DNA of 41,232 nucleotides from a virus (Duplodnaviria; Heunggongvirae; Uroviricota; Caudoviricetes): IMG/VR virus record IMGVR_UViG_2877263951_000005; one strand, 5' to 3'. Shown piece by piece: positions 18,612 to 30,956 of this stretch (position 1 is its first letter; each line of letters starts with the position of its first letter). The notes under the pieces were generated by a model. It saw only the letters and a program-made list of their open reading frames with translations, ran no database searches and was not told where the DNA came from. The position numbers and the translations under genes were made by a program.

Positions 18612-19469
18612 CTAATTGGGTGATAACAGATCCTGTGTATGGGCGTTTCCCTTTGTGCGTGCGTTGATGCTGGTAACGGTAAACGTCATGATGAACACGA
18701 CCGCGAATAAGACGACAATCGTCGGAGCTGGTGCGCTGTCGATAAAAAAGGACAGCCAGACACCAGTCATTGACACTATTACCGATATGCCAGTCGCCAG
18801 TAGGAGCGCAATATGAAAGCGTTGTGTCAGGAGTACTGCAATGGCGCCAGGCGCAATGAGCAGAGAAATAGAGAGAATGATACCTACTGCTTTCAGCGTC
18901 GCCACAATGGTCAGGGAAACCATGCACAGCAGCCCATAATGCAGCCATCTCGTATGCAAACCGCTTACCTGCGCCTGTTGATAATCAAAGCTGAACAGCA
19001 AAAAATCCCGCCATTTTACGCTAATAACAAGTGTAACCAGCCCGGCAATAATCACCGTCTGGATTATATCGCCGATGGTTATCCCGAGCATGTCGCCGAA
19101 AAGAATATGGTCAAGATGTACGTCTGGTTTAATTGCAATATACAAGATCAGACCTGCGGCAAACATGCCAGAAAAAACAATCCCCATAACTGTATCTTGC
19201 TTGATTCGGCTGTTGTCTTTCAGGTATCCCGTCGCCACCGCGCAGAATACTCCGGCGACGAATGCCCCTGTAGCCAGAGGTAACCCCAGAATCCAGGTAA
19301 GCACGATGCCAGGAAAAACCGCATGACTCATCGCGTCACCCATCAGTGCCCAACCTTTCAGGACCAGAAAGACCGACAGCAGCGCACAGGGTATGGAAAC
19401 TACCAGTGAAATCAGCAGTGCGTGACTCATAAAGGTGAACTGCAGTGGCTCCAGTAATAATGCCATCAT
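18612..19469 (-). CDS. sitD: iron/manganese ABC transporter permease SitD
   Basis: 285-aa polytopic membrane frame, last gene of a four-gene ABC operon. Confidence 0.85.
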   Translation of the reverse strand: MMALLLEPLQFTFMSHALLISLVVSIPCALLSVFLVLKGWALMGDAMSHAVFPGIVLTWILGLPLATGAFVAGVFCAVATGYLKDNSRIKQDTVMGIVFSGMFAAGLILYIAIKPDVHLDHILFGDMLGITIGDIIQTVIIAGLVTLVISVKWRDFLLFSFDYQQAQVSGLHTRWLHYGLLCMVSLTIVATLKAVGIILSISLLIAPGAIAVLLTQRFHIALLLATGISVIVSMTGVWLSFFIDSAPAPTIVVLFAVVFIMTFTVTSINARTKGNAHTQDLLSPN

Positions 19470-20323
19470 GAGCGATCCTCCAGCGCTTTATGCGCACGCC
19501 GACGATTTGCCAAAAGTCCATGGGTGGGCGCAAATACAAATGCTAAAAGAAACAGCAGTGTCTGCGCCACCACGATGATTCCACCTGTCGCGCCGTCCAG
19601 AAAGTAACTGACCCACGCGCCGAGGAAACTGGTTACACTGCCAATAGTTACAGCAATTATGAGCAGGCGGGGAAAACGATCGGTTAACAACCATGCTGTT
19701 GCACCGGGAGTCACCACCAGACAGATCACCAGAAAGGCACCAACCGTTTGCAGCGCCGCAACGGTCGAAACCGACAGCAGGGTGAAGAAGAGGATTTTTA
19801 ATCTGCCCGGATGTAATCCAATAGCACGGGCGTGATTCTCGTCGAAAAAGGTCACCATAAGATCTTTCCATTTGAAAAAAAGCACGATGATCGAGAGAAT
19901 GCCAATGATAGTGAGTTGCAGGATATCCGCCGGATCGATTGCCAGAATATTGCCCAGGACGATGGTCTGAATGTTCACGGATGTCGGGTTCAATGACACC
20001 ATAAACAGCCCCAGGCCAAAAAAGGACGAGAAGATCAGGCCGATGATGGCATCTTCTTTTAAGCGGGTGCGTTGGTTAAGAAACAGCATGCTGCCCGCTG
20101 CCAGTCCGCCGGAAAAGAAGGCTCCCAGAGAAAACGGAAGCCCCAGCATATATGCCCCCGCAACACCCGGGACAATAGAGTGCGACAGCGCATCGCCAAT
20201 CAGCGACCAGCCTTTTAGCATCAGATAGCATGACAGGAAAGCGCAGAGACCGCCGACCATTGCCGAGACCCACATCGCATTGAGCATATATTCATAGCTG
20301 AAGGGTTCCAGTAGCACGTTCAT
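19466..20323 (-). CDS. sitC: iron/manganese ABC transporter permease SitC
   Basis: 285-aa membrane permease frame; overlapping stop/start with neighbours. Confidence 0.85.
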   Translation of the reverse strand: MNVLLEPFSYEYMLNAMWVSAMVGGLCAFLSCYLMLKGWSLIGDALSHSIVPGVAGAYMLGLPFSLGAFFSGGLAAGSMLFLNQRTRLKEDAIIGLIFSSFFGLGLFMVSLNPTSVNIQTIVLGNILAIDPADILQLTIIGILSIIVLFFKWKDLMVTFFDENHARAIGLHPGRLKILFFTLLSVSTVAALQTVGAFLVICLVVTPGATAWLLTDRFPRLLIIAVTIGSVTSFLGAWVSYFLDGATGGIIVVAQTLLFLLAFVFAPTHGLLANRRRAHKALEDRS

Positions 20324-21147
20324 CTTGCTTCCCTCTGCACCGCTGACGGTCGATGTGCCACAAAAGGGCGTTCATCGTCAGTAATAATGCTTTCTTCCGA
20401 GCCGTTAAGTGTGACATGGCGCAGTACGCCGCTAAAAGCCAGCTCCAGGTTCTCGGCTGTAAAAGTGGTGTCTGTCGGCCCGCTTGCCAGGACGGTGCCT
20501 TTGACCATGACCGTATAATCGCAAAATGTCGTGACTGAGCCGAGATTGTGCGTTGAGACAAGCATCGTTTTGCCTTCCGCGCGTAACTCCCTCAACAGGC
20601 TGATGATTTTCGCTTCGGTTTTCACATCAACGCCGGTAAAAGGTTCATCCAGCAGGATCACATCACCCTGCTGTGCAATTGCTCTCGCCAGAAAGACGCG
20701 TTTCTTTTGTCCACCGGAAAGCTCGCCGATTTGACGATGGCGAAAATCCACCATATCGACACGTTCCAGCGCATCGGTGACAATCTGACGATCCCTCTTT
20801 TTGGCTATACGCAACATACCCATATGCCCATAGCGGCCCATCATCACCACATCTTCCACCAGTACAGGAAATGACCAGTCAACCTCTTCTGACTGAGGGA
20901 CGTAGGCAACCAGGTTTTTCTGTAGCGCCTGTCGCGTGGGAATACCCAGAACAGATATCTTTCCGCTGGTCAGACGCACAAATCCCATAATCGCTTTAAA
21001 CAACGTCGATTTTCCGGAACCGTTTACCCCAACCAGAGCGGCAATAGATCCACTTGGTACTGTGAAGGATGCATCGCGCAGTGCTGTGTGCCCGTTACGC
21101 CAGGTGACAGTAACATCATTAACGACAATGCCTGCAGATTGCATCAT
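20320..21147 (-). CDS. sitB: iron/manganese ABC transporter ATP-binding protein SitB
   Basis: Walker [13 protein letters not shown] signature LSGGQKKR, Walker B ILLDEP. Confidence 0.9.
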   Translation of the reverse strand: MMQSAGIVVNDVTVTWRNGHTALRDASFTVPSGSIAALVGVNGSGKSTLFKAIMGFVRLTSGKISVLGIPTRQALQKNLVAYVPQSEEVDWSFPVLVEDVVMMGRYGHMGMLRIAKKRDRQIVTDALERVDMVDFRHRQIGELSGGQKKRVFLARAIAQQGDVILLDEPFTGVDVKTEAKIISLLRELRAEGKTMLVSTHNLGSVTTFCDYTVMVKGTVLASGPTDTTFTAENLELAFSGVLRHVTLNGSEESIITDDERPFVAHRPSAVQREAR

Positions 21148-22061
21148 TATTTCTCCCTTTTCCCGGCTTTAATTCCCTGTACCAGCGTACTGGTAGTAAC
21201 CTTAAGAAGGTCGATATACGTAGGTACCGGGCCGTTTTCTGTGCTCAGGGAATCGACATAGAGCACACCGCCGTAGTGTGCGCCGGTTTCACGCGCAACC
21301 TGACGCGCTGGTTTATCGGAAATCGTACTCTCGCTAAAGACTGCCGGGATATGATTTTTCTTAACTATATCAACAACCTTACGTACCTGCTGCGGTGTTC
21401 CTTGTTGATCGGCATTAATCGGCCACAGATAAAGCTCTTTTAGCCCCAAATCGCGTGCGAGATAAGAAAAAGCCCCTTCACTGGTGACCATCCATCGCTG
21501 ATTCTCAGGGAGTTCCGTAATCTGCTTACGCAGGGGGGCAAGGGTTTGGGTAATCTTGGCTTTATAAGTATCGGCATTACGTTGGTAGGTTTGTGCATTT
21601 GCCGGATCGTATTTTATCAACGCATCACGAATATTATCGACGTAAATCAGAGCATTATCTGGCGACATCCATGCATGGGGATTAGGTTTGCCCTCATAGG
21701 GTCCTTCGGTGATCCCTACTGGCGTCACACCCGAAGAGACAATTACTTCTGGAACCCCATTGAGATGCTGGTAAAAGCGTTGGAACCACAATTCCAGATT
21801 CATACCATTGGCGAGAATCAGTTGTGCCCCCTGCGCACGTTTAATATCGCCAGGGGTAGGCTGATACTCATGAATTTCTGCACCAGGCTTGGTTATGGAT
21901 GAGACTTCTGCAGCATCTCCAGCCACGTTTTTGGCCATATCCGCGATGATGGTAAATGTTGTAATGACCTTGAATTTTTCAGTTGCACTTGCCTGAAATG
22001 CGATCGAGCAGGTGAGGGCGAGGCACCCCAAGAGCATGGTTACTTTTTTTATTGAGTGCAT
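21147..22061 (-). CDS. sitA: periplasmic metal-binding protein SitA
   Basis: 304-aa frame with an N-terminal signal peptide; first gene of the operon. Confidence 0.85.
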   Translation of the reverse strand: MHSIKKVTMLLGCLALTCSIAFQASATEKFKVITTFTIIADMAKNVAGDAAEVSSITKPGAEIHEYQPTPGDIKRAQGAQLILANGMNLELWFQRFYQHLNGVPEVIVSSGVTPVGITEGPYEGKPNPHAWMSPDNALIYVDNIRDALIKYDPANAQTYQRNADTYKAKITQTLAPLRKQITELPENQRWMVTSEGAFSYLARDLGLKELYLWPINADQQGTPQQVRKVVDIVKKNHIPAVFSESTISDKPARQVARETGAHYGGVLYVDSLSTENGPVPTYIDLLKVTTSTLVQGIKAGKREK

Positions 22062-22093
22062 AATTTAGTACCTATAGTGAGCAAAATTAGAAC

Positions 22094-22115
22094 AAACATA
22101 GCAACGGCTATGTTT
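22094..22115. promoter_or_regulatory. MntR-box-like palindrome upstream of sitA
   Basis: AAACATAGC-AACG-GCTATGTTT perfect inverted repeat, matching the MntR operator pattern. Confidence 0.6.
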
Positions 22116-22137
22116 TATAGCATAACCTATACAAAAT

Positions 22138-22156
22138 GAAAATAATTATCATTAAC
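22138..22156. promoter_or_regulatory. Fur-box-like site upstream of sitA
   Basis: GAAAATAATTATCATTAAC versus Fur consensus GATAATGATAATCATTATC. Confidence 0.6.
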
Positions 22157-22270
22157 AGCTTTGAGGCCTAAAACAGGGATTAGGTTGTTTCCTGCTGGCG
22201 ACATGATATTGAGGAAAAAAGTAGAGCAGCTATTAGGCTTTGAAATGACTTTATGAGGAAAATTGTTGAT

Positions 22271-22516
22271 GGCAAAAATGGGGCAAAACGCTGTATAAGG
22301 GGCAAAAAAGGGGCAAAAAAGAGTGGGTTATCGTAGCTTATTGTTGTCGCTGATAATGTTTAACATATTGAAAAATAAATAAAATACTTATGAGTCAGAT
22401 AGTTGTGATTTTTGCCCTTACTTGTTCAGGTTGTATTGTTCTTTCTTTGTAATTTGTTGATTTTCTTGCATTATTTCAGTTCTCTGGTACTAAATGGGGC
22501 AAATTGGGGGCAAACT
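22271..22516. repeat. GGGGCAAA(A) repeat cluster (candidate integrase arm-type sites / att region)
   Basis: Six direct copies near 22271-22320 and 22493-22513 plus one inverted copy at 22410-22418, immediately 3' of an integrase gene. Confidence 0.5.
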
Positions 22517-22522
22517 TTGCAA

Positions 22523-23162
22523 CTACGATAACCGCGCATTCAACATGGCTATCTGTTCGTCGTTCATGTCATCAATCCACATACCGTAAATTTCATACAC
22601 CATTTGCGCAGTTTCATGCCCCATCTGGCTGGCTATAAATGCCGGGTTCGCTCCTGCCGTCAACAGCCAGCAGGCAAAAGTATGTCGCGTGTGGTACGGA
22701 TTACGGCGGCGAATACCAGCACGTTTTACTGCTGCATTCCATCTTGTACCCAAACTGCTTACCGAGTAATAAGGTTTCTGTTTTTCGTTACACACCCTGG
22801 GCATGAAAACAAAATGCAGTTTTTGTTTTTCAGTTCTGCCGTACTCCCGATGATAAAAAGTGATTTCGCTTTTGCGATGATGCCCGGTCAGTTTGTATTG
22901 CTCCTTCAGTGCTTCAAGAGCCGGCTGCAGTAATGTTACCGTCCGGATCCCGGCATTTGTTTTTGGGGGACCGAACATATCAAGTATCGTCAGGTTTCTT
23001 CTGACATTCACAATTCCCTTCTCGAAATCCACATCCTCCCACGCCAGAGCTGCCAGTTCCCCGTGACGAAGCCCGGAGTAAACGGCAAATTTCCACAAGT
23101 TTTGGCTCTGTCCTTTTTCACTTTCCATTAATGCATTGAATTCTGTTTTAGATAACGGGTCA
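22523..23162 (-). pseudogene. tyrosine integrase, C-terminal catalytic fragment
   Basis: ...YSGLRHGELAALAWEDVD...HTRHTFACWL...Y catalytic signature; 5' part replaced by IS1. Confidence 0.8.
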
Positions 23163-23217
23163 GGTAATGCTGCCAACTTACTGATTTAGTGTATGATGGT
23201 GATTTTAAGGTGCTTGC

Positions 23218-23493
23218 GTGGCTTCCATTTCCATCAGATGTCCTTCCTGCTCCGCTACTGAAGGCGTGGTGCGTAACGGCAAAAGCACTGCCGGACATCA
23301 GCGCTATCTCTGCTCTCATTGCCGTAAAACATGGCAACTACAGTTCACTTACACCGCCTCTCAGCCCGGTACGCACCAGAAAATCATTGATATGGCCATG
23401 AATGGCGTCGGATGTCGCGCCAGTGCACGCATTATGGGCGTTGGCCTCAACACGGTTTTACGTCACTTAAAAAACTCAGGCCGCAGTCGGTAA
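23218..23493 (+). CDS. insA: IS1 InsA
   Basis: 91-aa InsA frame. Confidence 0.9.
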   Translation: MASISIRCPSCSATEGVVRNGKSTAGHQRYLCSHCRKTWQLQFTYTASQPGTHQKIIDMAMNGVGCRASARIMGVGLNTVLRHLKNSGRSR

Positions 23494-23915
23494 CCTCGCG
23501 CATACAACCGGGCAGTGATGTGATTGTCTGCGCTGAAATGGACGAACATTGGGGCTACGTCGGTGCTAAATCACGTCAGCGCTGGCTGTTTTACGCGTAT
23601 GACAGGATACGGAGGACGGTTGTGGCGCACGTCTTCGGTGAACGCACTCTGGCCACACTGGAGCGTCTTCTGAGCCTGCTGTCGGCCTTTGAGGTCGTGG
23701 TATGGATGACGGATGGCTGGCCGCTGTATGAATCACGCCTGAAGGGAAAGCTGCACGTTATCAGCAAGCGTTACACTCAGCGCATTGAGCGACATAATCT
23801 GAATCTGAGACAACATCTGGCAAGGCTGGTACGGAAGTCACTGTCGTTCTCAAAATCGGTGGAGCTGCATGACAAGGTCATCGGGCATTATCTGAACATA
23901 AAACACTATCAGTAA
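23412..23915 (+). CDS. insB: IS1 InsB frame
   Basis: 167-aa InsB frame. Confidence 0.9.
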   Translation: MSRQCTHYGRWPQHGFTSLKKLRPQSVTSRIQPGSDVIVCAEMDEHWGYVGAKSRQRWLFYAYDRIRRTVVAHVFGERTLATLERLLSLLSAFEVVVWMTDGWPLYESRLKGKLHVISKRYTQRIERHNLNLRQHLARLVRKSLSFSKSVELHDKVIGHYLNIKHYQ

Positions 23916-23930
23916 GTTGGAGTCATTACC

Positions 23931-24102
23931 CACCGGAACTGATTTGATGAACTATCAACGCTCTTAAATTCCCGGCCTTTTTAATGTTACTGTTAGTAAT
24001 CTCCCAGCCTTTCAATGTTTCCCGACATCGTTTTCCTCGAAACATGAACCAGATGCGAATGTATTTACCTCGAATCTCGACACCTGTTGGTAATTTAGAC
24101 AT
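23931..24102 (-). pseudogene. tyrosine integrase, N-terminal arm-binding fragment
   Basis: MSKLPTGVEIRGKYIRIWFMFRGKRCRETLKGWEI... typical integrase N-terminal domain; frame ends at the IS1 boundary. Confidence 0.7.
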
Positions 24103-24103
24103 A

Positions 24104-24271
24104 TCATGAGTCTTTGATAAACTGATTTATCTTCGGATAGTTGTACCAGATAATCCCTCGCTTACTGTCTGGCTTCCCTAAAGGAGATACTCGTTTGAAG
24201 TGGAAGCCTTCCACCCAACAGTTCTGGCGGTATGCTTCAATTTGTCTGGCACCCAGACCAGTGCGAAGCAT
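24104..24271 (-). CDS. excisionase-like protein (Xis), possibly N-terminally truncated
   Basis: 55-aa frame whose stop lies 1 nt before the integrase ATG; start codon is only 6 bp from the IS629 end. Confidence 0.45.
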   Translation of the reverse strand: MLRTGLGARQIEAYRQNCWVEGFHFKRVSPLGKPDSKRGIIWYNYPKINQFIKDS

Positions 24272-24318
24272 CAGGCTGAACCGCCCCGGGTTTCCTGGAG
24301 AGTGTTTTATCTGTGAAC

Positions 24319-25050
24319 TCAGGCTGCCAGATCATCGTTTCCGATGGAAGCATAATAAGCTTTTTCTGCTTCTGCCGGAGGGATGTGGCCCAGCCTTTCC
24401 AGCAATCGTCGATTGTTATACCAGTCCACCCACGTGAGTGTGGCCAGTTCCACTTCTGCACGGTTTTTCCAGCTCTTACGGTGTATTACCTCCGCTTTGT
24501 AAAGACCATTGATGCTCTCCGCCATCGCGTTGTCATACGAGTCGCCTGTACTTCCTGTTGATGCCAGTAATCCGGCTTCCTTAAGCCGCTGTGTGTAGGC
24601 CAGCGATACATACTGAGAACCTTTATCACTGTGATGGACCGTGCCGGACGGTCGACGGGCCCATAACGCCTGCTCCAGTGCATCCAGCACGAATGTCGTT
24701 TCCATGGACGATGAGACCCGCCACCCCACGATGTATCCGGCAAACACATCAATGATGAACGCCACATAGACGAAGCCCCGCCATGAGACGTGCCACAGTG
24801 CATCTGGCCACTCTGATACCTTCCCGTAACAACTGACGCCAGACTTTACACCGTATACCTTGTGATTTTCATCGTATACGCGCTGTATCTCTTTCTTCAG
24901 CCAGTCATCGCGCTGCGCACGGGCACTGCGTTTATCCGGATGATGTCGCTGTTGCTGACAGTGGTAATACGTTGACGGGGCAATATGCAGTTCGCTGCAT
25001 AGCGGTCCGACCCCGTACTGCTCACGCAGCTTATCCAGCAGTGGCATCAT
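24319..25050 (-). pseudogene. IS629 OrfB with in-frame internal deletions
   Basis: 243-aa frame lacking about 50 residues after ...VYDENHKVYGV relative to the transposase as I recall it. Confidence 0.6.
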
Positions 25051-25373
25051 TTTTTCCAGAGGCGGTCGAACTCCGCCTTCGCAAAATAAGCGGAAGCCTG
25101 GCGAAGGATATCGTTACTGCGGTGCAGTTCACGATTTTCACGCTCCGGCTCTTTCAGACGCTGACGTTCAGCGGTGGTGAGCCCTCCATCACCGCCCCCG
25201 GTATCCCGCTCATGCTGGCGAACCCAGACACGCAGAGTCTCCGGCGTACAGCCAATCTTTGGGGCAATGGAACAAATTGTCGCCCATTGTGAGTCATATT
25301 CGCCCTGACTTTCCAGAACCATACGGACTGCCCGTTGACGGACTTCGGGGGAAAAACGAGTATTTTTAGTCAT
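25047..25373 (-). CDS. IS629 OrfA
   Basis: 108-aa [19 protein letters not shown]... frame. Confidence 0.85.
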   Translation of the reverse strand: MTKNTRFSPEVRQRAVRMVLESQGEYDSQWATICSIAPKIGCTPETLRVWVRQHERDTGGGDGGLTTAERQRLKEPERENRELHRSNDILRQASAYFAKAEFDRLWKK

Positions 25374-25447
25374 CCTGTTTACCTCTTTCTCAGGAAGTTT
25401 AGTCTCCAGGATTCCCGGGGCGGTTCATTCCCAAAATGCACTTGGTT

Positions 25448-26559
25448 TTACACCGGAATATTCTCATCGTATCCTGCTTGTTGCGTTTCGTTTTGTGTTT
25501 GTGGATCCGGGAATGCATATTCAACGCCTTCCAGTTCAATCCATAGTGCATTACGACCAGCTTTGATTGTCGGCCAGTCCATACCTTTGATTCTTTCCCA
25601 TGAGCGGGAGGTGAATGTTTTTTCCAGCAAATCAGCTTTTGCGCGTTTGGCGTCGTTACTGGTGCCCCCATGGTGCTTGTTGAGCAACTCGATAATTTCA
25701 TCAAGTTAATTTCATCAAGTGCGATTTCTTTTGCACGCTTTTCTTTTAGCCATGTCGGTGTACCGTCGTTGGCAAATAATTCACTGTTATCCCGTGAGGT
25801 ATCGATGCCGGGGTGTTCACCTCCCAGGTTAAGAGACTCGATATGAGGAAGAAAGTTTTTAAATGTTGGGTTTGAAAATACCTGTCCATCAATACGGGTG
25901 GAGCGATCTTTTAGTATTCTGGCGGTGCGCCACACCTGACCGGTTTCTATGTTCATTTGCTTCTCCATCTGGATCCGGATGGAGGGTTCATAACCGGTTT
26001 CTGTTTCTGCTTTCATTTTTATACCGGTTTTTGCCAACTGGCGTTTGCCATCATCACCTTCGAAAAAGTCATACTCATATCCTGCACGCCCGCACATAAT
26101 AATGTGCGCCTGACTGTTAACAAATCGATCGGTAAAGCGTCGCCACTCCTGTTTGAGCCACGCCCAGTCTGAAAATTCCAGTCCTCGTTTACGGTTTCGG
26201 CGTCTGGCATACTCGTCGCATAATCCGGTCCAGAAGTGACTGATGGAGTCGATGATCATTACGGAACCGCTGCTTTCCGCTTCATTAATGGCTTCAAGCA
26301 GATCAACAAACGAGCGGGTTTTTGCCGTAAATAATTCGATATTTTCCGCATCAAAGCGGGGTTTAACCCAGTCAGAGCCTGTTTCTGTGTCCAGAAACAT
26401 TACCGGGCGGTTACCAGCTTCAATTCCCCGTTGCCGCATAAGCATTACCAGACCAATAGCCAGTTCGCTTGCTGTGTAGGTTTTGCCGTCGCCAGCAAAC
26501 CCCATAATTCCTGCTTTTAGATAGGCCTGTGTGTTTATTGCTCGTTGAAAAAGCGCCAT
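25448..26559 (-). pseudogene. prophage AAA-type ATPase, frameshifted by a 14-bp tandem duplication
   Basis: Walker A GFAGDGKT and Walker B VMIIDS; TAATTTCATCAAGT occurs twice in tandem at 25692-25719; removing one copy restores a frame ending ...YDENIPV at 25448. Confidence 0.7.
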
Positions 26560-26619
26560 AGATTTTAGTCCTCCAAATCAATATCAACCTGGTGGTGGGC
26601 AATGGTTTCAGTGAAGTGG

Positions 26620-27788
<1,169 letters not shown>

Positions 27789-27860
27789 TGGAGCACCTGT
27801 GTTGTTCTGAGGTGAGCATATCACCTCTGTTCAGGTGGCCAAATTCAGTGTGCCACTTCA

Positions 27861-28111
27861 CAGCCATGTACCGGATGTGTTCTGCCATGCGCTCCTGAAA
27901 CTCAACATCATCATCAAATGCGTGGCTGATTGCCTGTTTATTGGCACCGTGGCGTTGCAAATGGTCGATGCAGAGCGATTCAAACAGGTGCTGAGGCAGA
28001 CCTTTTTCCAGGTCGTCCGCCAGTTCCGTTTCTTTTTCTTCACGAACGATCTGCTGGTAGTGACGAGCCCATGCCATTTCTTCAATACGATCAAAAATCG
28101 GATAAGCGCTC
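27861..28111 (-). pseudogene. hypothetical prophage gene, 5' end removed by IS600 and 3' part split by IS911 (last 14 codons at 26568-26611)
   Basis: Frame ...[20 protein letters not shown]...[11 protein letters not shown] continues across the IS911 target duplication to ...ETIAHHQVDIDLED. Confidence 0.5.
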
Positions 28112-28175
28112 TGAGGTAGCCTGAGTTTAACGGACACTCCTTCCTGAAATAGAATGGCATCAGAAGGAGCTAATA

Positions 28176-28478
28176 ATGAGCAGAAAAACCCAACGTTACT
28201 CTAAAGAGTTCAAAGCCGAAGCTGTCAGAACGGTTCTTGAAAATCAACTTTCGATCAGTGAAGGCGCTTCCCGATTATCTCTTCCTGAAGGCACTTTAGG
28301 ACAATGGGTTACCGCCGCCAGAAAAGGGCTCGGTACTCCTGGTTCCCGCACGGTGGCTGAACTGGAATCTGAAATTCTGCAACTGCGTAAGGCGTTAAAT
28401 GAAGCTCGCCTTGAGCGCGATATATTAAAAAAAGCAACAGCGTATTTTGCACAGGAGTCGCTGAAAAATACGCGTTAA
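28176..28478 (+). CDS. IS600 OrfA
   Basis: 100-aa frame. Confidence 0.9.
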   Translation: MSRKTQRYSKEFKAEAVRTVLENQLSISEGASRLSLPEGTLGQWVTAARKGLGTPGSRTVAELESEILQLRKALNEARLERDILKKATAYFAQESLKNTR

Positions 28479-28513
28479 TCGAACAATGGCGACAACAATT
28501 TCCCATTGAAGCG

Positions 28514-29332
28514 ATGTGTCAGGTATTTGGTGTATCCAGGAGCGGTTATTACAACTGGGTACAGCATGAACCCTCAGACAGAAAACAAAGTGATGAGCGG
28601 CTAAAACTGGAGATTAAGGTGGCACATATCCGCACTCGCGAAACATATGGAACCCGGCGGCTCCAGACGGAGCTGGCAGAGAATGGCATCATCGTTGGTC
28701 GTGACCGACTGGCACGTCTTCGTAAGGAGCTGAGGCTACGCTGTAAGCAGAAACGCAAGTTCAGAGCGACTACGAACCCGAACCACAATCTGCCAGTTGC
28801 GCCAAATCTGCTGAACCAGACGTTCGCTCCTACAGCACCAAATCAGGTCTGGGTGGCGGACCTGACGTATGTTGCCACACAGGAGGGATGGTTGTACCTC
28901 GCTGGCATCAAAGATGTTTATACGTGTGAAATTGTCGGCTACGCCATGGGAGAGCGCATGACAAAAGAGCTGACAGGTAAAGCCCTGTTTATGGCGCTCA
29001 GGAGCCAGCGCCCACCTGCCGGGCTAATCCACCACTCTGATCGAGGTTCACAGTACTGCGCATACGATTACCGGGTCATACAGGAGCAGTCTGGTCTGAA
29101 AACATCAATGTCGCGTAAAGGTAACTGTTACGACAACGCTCCGATGGAAAGCTTCTGGGGAACGCTGAAAAATGAGAGCCTGAGCCACTATCGTTTTAAT
29201 AACCGGGATGAAGCCACCTCAGTAATACGGGAATACATTGAGATTTTCTACAATCGTCAGCGTCGTCACTCTCGTCTGGGGAATATCTCCCCGGCAGCCT
29301 TCAGGGAAAAATATCATCAGATGGCTGCTTAA
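28514..29332 (+). CDS. IS600 OrfB
   Basis: 272-aa frame (one Ile to Thr difference from copy A). Confidence 0.9.
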   Translation: MCQVFGVSRSGYYNWVQHEPSDRKQSDERLKLEIKVAHIRTRETYGTRRLQTELAENGIIVGRDRLARLRKELRLRCKQKRKFRATTNPNHNLPVAPNLLNQTFAPTAPNQVWVADLTYVATQEGWLYLAGIKDVYTCEIVGYAMGERMTKELTGKALFMALRSQRPPAGLIHHSDRGSQYCAYDYRVIQEQSGLKTSMSRKGNCYDNAPMESFWGTLKNESLSHYRFNNRDEATSVIREYIEIFYNRQRRHSRLGNISPAAFREKYHQMAA

Positions 29333-29379
29333 AAAAAGAACAAATGGTAGTGTCCGCTATTGCCAGTACACCTCACAGG

Positions 29380-30804
29380 CTACCTCAAGGCAGCCAGTAA
29401 TTTGTCTGCATCGACAGGATTTTTGGGCGGAATGTTTTTCCGGGCTTCATGGAGTTCTGCCCGTAGTTCCTGATATTTCTCATCAACAGAATTTACCTGT
29501 GACTGAGCATCCAGCGGCTGCGTGTTCTGATGATGTTCAGTTGCATCCGGTTCCATTGTTTCAGCCGTTGCCTGTTCATCTGCCATTGCGCCAGATGGCT
29601 GCGTTTTTTCTTCATCATCCTGTTTTCCTTCTTCTGTTACACGTTGCGGCATCGGGGCAGAGGAGCGACCGCAGGCAATATCCACGATTTCCGGATCAGG
29701 GTTGGCATGATCGGTTTCAGTCAGTACCTTGTTCAGATATTCAGTGACGTGAGCGGGGATGACCTCGATACCAATCGGTGCTTCTTTCACTGACGCAACC
29801 ACGATGGCGCGGGAATAATCCATCCCGCCAGGCATGGTGATGAATTTGTCGCGGAAAACAGAAAAGGGCGGTTTATTTTCAGCGATAATTTCCTCGACAC
29901 GTTTAGCGTGTGCCGGATGAAGGTTATAAATGTCCACGTCCATTGAACGAGCCAGTACGCCAGTGGCTACGTCGCGCGCCAGTGACGTCAGATCGTGAAC
30001 GAAACCTTCGCCGCGATCGGTGAGGTTCCCGCCGCCAGCATTAGCGCCGGAAGCCGTGCGCGTGATGCGTGAAACACGATTTCCTTTCATCCACTCTTTT
30101 GTCAGCAGACCGCGATCGGTGTAGTCTGCGTCCATGTATGCTTCGAAAAAAGCAGTCATCAGCCCCAGGCTTGAATTGCCTGGATTAGGGAAAACTCTGT
30201 CAGTATCACGCACCAGTTTGTGGAGATCGCGAATTTCCAGCGGATCGAGCAGGCTGGTTTTGTGGGAAACAGCCAGGGCAGTAACAGCTGGTAGTTCTTC
30301 ATCCCGAGCAATGTGTAATGCCTGGAGTTCGTCGCGTGAAACGTGCGTTACTGGTTTTTCGCTGCCGTGTTGCGCAAGCCAGCGAATGGGCAGTTCCTGA
30401 CCGGAAACTGGCAGGAGCATGTTCTCCTCAATTTCTGTCATGTCTTCGCCGTTGACGTTGGTATTGTCAGTGCTGGCCGGTTTGTCCTGAACAGAGGGAG
30501 AAGATGCGATAAATACCATTGTGATGCCATCTTCCCCGCCTTTTTCGTAACGGTTGCAGAATTCCGTATCAAATACGCCTTCTGGCGGGAGGTCATCAAC
30601 AACGGGCAAATTGACGCGAACAGGTTTTTTAAAGTCATCTTCATCGTAGCCTGCATCGTCAATCGCAACAGCACCACGGGAGATGGCAATGGATAATTTT
30701 TTCGCTTCAGCCCAGTAAAAACCGCCTTTAATACCGAGACGTTTTCTTACTTTGTCATTTTTTGCTTCGTAATACAGTGGGTAAACTTGTTTATCGGTGT
30801 TCAT
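29380..30804 (-). CDS. hypothetical prophage early-region protein, 474 aa
   Basis: Long intact ORF on the same strand as the kilR-type operon; no family recognised. Confidence 0.5.
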   Translation of the reverse strand: MNTDKQVYPLYYEAKNDKVRKRLGIKGGFYWAEAKKLSIAISRGAVAIDDAGYDEDDFKKPVRVNLPVVDDLPPEGVFDTEFCNRYEKGGEDGITMVFIASSPSVQDKPASTDNTNVNGEDMTEIEENMLLPVSGQELPIRWLAQHGSEKPVTHVSRDELQALHIARDEELPAVTALAVSHKTSLLDPLEIRDLHKLVRDTDRVFPNPGNSSLGLMTAFFEAYMDADYTDRGLLTKEWMKGNRVSRITRTASGANAGGGNLTDRGEGFVHDLTSLARDVATGVLARSMDVDIYNLHPAHAKRVEEIIAENKPPFSVFRDKFITMPGGMDYSRAIVVASVKEAPIGIEVIPAHVTEYLNKVLTETDHANPDPEIVDIACGRSSAPMPQRVTEEGKQDDEEKTQPSGAMADEQATAETMEPDATEHHQNTQPLDAQSQVNSVDEKYQELRAELHEARKNIPPKNPVDADKLLAALR

Positions 30805-30874
30805 TGTTTTTTAACCTCAACTCAGATTAAAATTACTGCGAGTGATGAATAAATGTCCCAGGTTCTTCATTCAG

Positions 30875-30904
30875 GCCTGCACAGTGTGCAGGCTTTCTTT
30901 TTTT
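30875..30904 (+). terminator. plus-strand terminator-like hairpin
   Basis: GCCTGCACA-G-TGTGCAGGC stem followed by TTTCTTTTTTT. Confidence 0.45.
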
Positions 30905-30956
30905 CAGATTTCACCTTTTAATTTCATTGCAATCAGAGTTGGGTAATGACTCCAAC

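Larger units (their letters stand above)
23163..23930 (+). mobile_element. IS1 copy 3 (768 bp) inside the integrase gene, no target duplication
   Basis: Full IS1; the flanking integrase fragments lack about 100 codons between them. Confidence 0.95.
24277..25426 (-). mobile_element. IS629-type IS3-family element with internal deletions (1150 bp versus about 1310 expected)
   Basis: Terminal inverted repeats TGAACCGCCCCGGG... at both ends; OrfA intact, OrfB shortened. Confidence 0.85.
28112..29375 (+). mobile_element. IS600 copy C (1264 bp), no matching target duplication
   Basis: Complete IS600 ends; flanks are CTC on the left and CAG on the right. Confidence 0.95.
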
